Source: Octopus sinensis | Lineage: Eukaryota | Length of the DNA stretch: 64,000 nucleotides | Assembly: GCF_006345805.1 (NCBI RefSeq) | Contig: NC_043009.1 | Location: 22,258,001 to 22,322,000 of the forward strand | Direction: 5' to 3' | Shown here: positions 63,310 through 64,000 of the stretch, piece by piece | Position numbering within the stretch: position 1 is the stretch's first letter | Layout: each line of letters opens with the position of its first letter | Program-made: the position numbers and the translations under genes | The notes under the pieces: generated by a model | The model's input: the letters and a program-made list of their open reading frames with translations, nothing else | What the model was told of the DNA's origin: nothing | Databases searched by the model: none

Positions 63310-63730
63310 CATTATTTCGTGAGGTATCTGTCTTTTCTTCAGTTTCCTTCTTTTATTTCAGCTATTCACAACAAAACTAGATGTATGTAAAAGTGACACG
63401 TATACAATACAGATGTTCATATTAATAATACTTACATATTAATATACAACCGACGAGGAAGATAGCACAATATAATTGAAAGAGACGGTACTTAATTTAG
63501 AGTGGTTATTTCTAGCGGTCGTCGTGACTTTTCTTTTACAGCAAACGTTGACGTTAAGTTAATTAGCAATTATTTACAGTTAATATGATTGCCTAAGTGT
63601 CAGTTATAAACTAGTTCTGTCGAAGTAAATGTAAATGTTTTAGTAATTAATTGCAAGTTTAGCGAGGAAAAGTAATAATGAAGAACTAAGAAGATATTGC
63701 TAAGGGGGAAGTAACTCTATTTTTAATACC
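63310..63730 (-). repeat. Upstream module, copy 5 (orphan, with no adjacent promoter or gene)
   Basis: Matches 57470-57890 but is cut at ~63310 by the fold-back repeat. Confidence 0.8.
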
Positions 63731-64000
63731 CGAATGTATTTCGAAAGATTTATTAGACCGTTGCCATGAAAGGGCACCGCCTTGAAGAGTGTAGCGAGAT
63801 AAATCGATCTCACTAGTTGCTATTTCATTTTAATAAATGACAGGCTTTTTATTCTATGGGTCGCTTTTTTGTCGAACTGCTAATAGTAAATTTCTATATT
63901 AACACCCGCACGAAAAATACTATTGGATTTTACTCATAAGGTATTGGTATCTTATATGTATACCATTCTGCCTAAATAATGGATCTACAAATACAATATC

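Overview
This is eukaryotic, AT-rich DNA, very probably from an octopus. The evidence is the hallmark TGTGATATCTGTGGTAAATCATTCTCT finger codons, RTE LINEs with (GAT)n tails and octopus-type tRNA SINEs. The window is part of a tandem C2H2 zinc-finger gene cluster. It holds four long finger-only ORFs: 10878-12266 (+), 24503-25891 (+), 34692-36323 (-) and 47769-49387 (-, with a 2-nt frameshift). It also holds one 5'-deleted finger pseudogene (29991-30660 +) and remnants of further copies. Each gene unit repeats the same cassette: an upstream module, a CRE-containing promoter with non-coding exon 1, a nearly invariant 97-nt internal exon, a single finger exon and a shared 3' tail. Units are densely interrupted by transposons: a full-length degenerate Mag-like Gypsy with an empty site in the paralogue, decayed Gypsy remnants duplicated with the units, RTE, L1/Tx1 and CR1 LINEs, SINEs, a solo LTR, and Tc1/mariner, piggyBac and Merlin MITEs or transposase relics. 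Four observations stand out. (1) A ~330-bp exon/intron block carrying a candidate uORF is ~99% identical in all four genes while the finger recognition helices diverge. (2) The cluster has a higher-order (+ gene)(- gene)(Gypsy relic) architecture with collapsed ghost genes. (3) Identity between units is patchy and gene-conversion-like. (4) A LINE 3'UTR has been amplified six-fold into a nested satellite inside a ZNF intron. All alignments were made by eye and identity figures are approximate. ZNF-1 to ZNF-5 are my working labels, not gene names.
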